A stretch of 64,000 bases of DNA from Candidatus Poribacteria bacterium (GTDB lineage: Bacteria > Poribacteria > WGA-4E > PCPOR2b). Shown piece by piece: positions 62,151 to 64,000 of this stretch. The DNA lies in the NCBI GenBank assembly GCA_965116925.1, contig OZ220744.1, positions 5,120,001 through 5,184,000 on the forward strand, in the 5' to 3' direction. Below the pieces are notes generated by a model. It saw nothing but the letters and a program-made list of their open reading frames with translations, made no database searches and was not told the DNA's origin. Each line of letters begins with the position of its first letter. The stretch's first letter is position 1. The position numbers were made by a program, and so were the translations under genes.

Positions 62151-62366
62151 AATAACGAGAATTCTCGTCGCCGGAAATGGCGAATCGCTGGAGTCCAGTG
62201 TCCACAAGGCTTTGCGGGTTAATTTCCTGCCATAAATCGAAATAACGCGAAATTTGCGTCGCCAAAAATGGCGAACCGCCGGAGTCCAATGTCCACAAGG
62301 CTTTGCGGGTTAATTTCCTGCCATAACGCGAAATAACACGAAATTAGCGTCGCCAAAAATGGCGAA
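62151..62366. repeat. 91-bp tandem repeat (~2.4 copies) with TCGCC-N6-GGCGA palindromes
   Basis: Palindromes at 62168, 62259 and 62350. Confidence 0.9.
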
Positions 62367-62544
62367 GCTATAGGATAAGCAAGTAAAAAGTGATAAGAAT
62401 GTGGTTAGAGTCCACTCAAATGAACGATAAATAATAGGAGTTACCCCTTTTCAGCTCGTAATATGGCAATAACTTGCTCTATAGCCCCCTTCTAATCCCC
62501 ACATTGACTTTCTAACATCTTCCCGTTAAAAATTAATACTGATT

Positions 62545-62727
62545 TTGGGACGCTGTGGCGACACCTATTCCACGAGTGGTTGGTTGAACACCTACACTGC
62601 TGGCGGGATAGACGACGGTAATTATAGCATTAAGAGCACCACTGAAATTAAACTGGAGAATGGTCACGGTTTCAGTGAAGAATTGCCAGCTATATCAAAA
62701 ATAACCCGCTTTGAAGTAGGGGAGTAG
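62545..62727 (+). pseudogene. Probable C-terminal remnant of a gene
   Basis: Protein-like reading frame ending just before the next RBS; no convincing start or RBS. Confidence 0.35.
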
Positions 62728-62737
62728 AGGTGTTACT

Positions 62738-63769
62738 ATGCGTATGGTTATGCTTGTGGCCAGCCTTTGGCTGACCACGAGCCCCCTTTGGGGCAAAATT
62801 GCGTTTTTTTCCGATCGGGATGGAAACAGTGAAATCTACACGATGAACTCTGATGGTAGCAACCAAACACGGCTCACGTTCAATGAGGTAATGGATCGCT
62901 GGCCGACCTGGTCCCCTAACGGTCAACAGATTGCGTTCCATAGTTATCGGGATAATGCGGATAGCCCGGAGATTTATGTAATGGACGCCGACGGGGACAA
63001 CCAACACAGATTAACCCATCATCCCGCTTTTGATGGGAGACCCCACTGGCACCCCGGTGGTCAACGGATTGCCTTTAGTAGCAGTCGCGAGCCTGTTGGC
63101 ATTTATACGGTGGATCTCAGTGGGAATAACCTCCGGTTAGTCACACAGCCGGATTTTAAGTTCGTCTCAAATCCGAGGTGGTCGCCCGACGGGAAACGGA
63201 TTGCCTTTGAAGGGGTTATCGGAGAGGGCACCCGAGAAATTTATGTCGCTGATGCCGATGGCGCGAACTTATGGCAGGTGTCACAAACGGTTCCCCGGTC
63301 ATCAATGCGGCTGGGCGGTTGGTCGCCGGATGGGAAAAAGATTCTTTATACGGTCATTGTCGCGCCCCGTGCACACGGAGGGACGTGGGAATCTTTTATG
63401 GTCATTGCAAAACTCCACCCGTGGCTCCGTGAAGTAACGGAGTTTGAACGGGTGGAGCTTCCCCCCAATTCCCTCGTGGATGTTGAGGGAGAAGGGTGGG
63501 GACCATACGAAAACTCGCTCCTCATATCGGGTCAACTTGTCAACAATGGGATTTGGAATATCTTCCGTTTCCGCTTTTCTGACAATCAGGTTGTACAGTT
63601 GACCCATGATGATAATTTCGCAGCACATGAATGGGATCCACGGTTGCCGGTCACACCAAAGAGAGTGAGACCTATACGATGGGGGCAGCTCAAATCTAGT
63701 CGGTTGCCGCTCAATCTCTCTCATTTTCTTTATAGTTTTGGCATTATCTTTTCTGGTGTGCTCAAATAG
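62738..63769 (+). CDS. TolB-like/PD40 beta-propeller secreted protein
   Basis: Signal peptide; KIAF.SDRDGN.EIY.M..DG....RLT and P.WSPDG..IAF repeats. Confidence 0.9.
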   Translation: MRMVMLVASLWLTTSPLWGKIAFFSDRDGNSEIYTMNSDGSNQTRLTFNEVMDRWPTWSPNGQQIAFHSYRDNADSPEIYVMDADGDNQHRLTHHPAFDGRPHWHPGGQRIAFSSSREPVGIYTVDLSGNNLRLVTQPDFKFVSNPRWSPDGKRIAFEGVIGEGTREIYVADADGANLWQVSQTVPRSSMRLGGWSPDGKKILYTVIVAPRAHGGTWESFMVIAKLHPWLREVTEFERVELPPNSLVDVEGEGWGPYENSLLISGQLVNNGIWNIFRFRFSDNQVVQLTHDDNFAAHEWDPRLPVTPKRVRPIRWGQLKSSRLPLNLSHFLYSFGIIFSGVLK

Positions 63770-63812
63770 GGGTGGATTTGTTAGCTCCGGTAAAAAAGAA
63801 TAATTGATAATG

Positions 63813-63854
63813 GCGGTATCATACCCTTTTTCACGGGTATGATACCGCTTTTTT
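63813..63854 (+). terminator. Intrinsic terminator
   Basis: GCGGTATCATACCC-loop-GGGTATGATACCGC-T6. Confidence 0.85.
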
Positions 63855-63917
63855 ATGGTTACATTGATGGCCCCTTTTTAGCTGAGATAAAAGTTTCAAC
63901 ACTTTGTTGACGACTCC

Positions 63918-64000
63918 GAGCGGGTTTTAATCATAAACGCGCTTGAAGGTGCTGTAGACCAGAAGGCTGCTGCAGCCCATCTCGGTATCCCTGAGTCAAC
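63918..64000 (+). pseudogene. Duplicated Fis-HTH fragment of the sigma54 regulator
   Basis: 72/83 nt identical to 62000-62082 by manual count; continues past the window end. Confidence 0.8.

Noticed and set aside
62151..62366. Possible CRISPR array
   Set aside because: The sequence between the palindromes is itself repeated, so there are no unique spacers.
62000..64000. DGR template/variable repeat pair (with the four-helix-bundle gene as Avd)
   Set aside because: Seven of 11 mismatches are A>G only and four are at non-A positions; there is no reverse transcriptase in the window. Ordinary duplication fits better.

Overview
A bacterial chromosomal window. Its gene content suggests Candidatus Poribacteria or a similar lineage (inference from the PhyH/Gfo/enolase catabolic genes, the HEAT-repeat lipoprotein, fused GlyQS and the TolB-like protein with a '...WGQLK' tail). 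Housekeeping genes are gltB (partial), pdxJ, purD, phoH-ybeY-hlyC/corC-tRNA-Pro-recO, glyQS, hsp20-lon and hsp20-htrA. They are mixed with catabolic genes, a two-component sigma54 system and an intact IS630. A ~10 kb AT-richer defence island splits recO from glyQS. It holds a deleted type III R-M mod gene, a complete type II CBASS (cap4-cdnD-cap2-cap3), and an unusual fusion (small nuclease-like domain, XRE-HTH, ImmA/IrrE peptidase, antitoxin-like tail) coupled to a MazF/PemK toxin. Most intergenic spaces hold nested miniature inverted-repeat elements from at least six end families. These carry GTAG-type REP hairpins, land on stop codons or in hairpin centres, and in several places bracket accessory cassettes as direct repeats. 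Other highlights: a Tat-lipoprotein cholesterol-oxidase homolog lacking the canonical catalytic residues and preceded by a structured leader RNA; an orphan toxin-tip/immunity-like pair; and a 91-bp enhancer-like tandem array downstream of the sigma54 regulator. All calls come from reading motifs by eye; no database searches were run.
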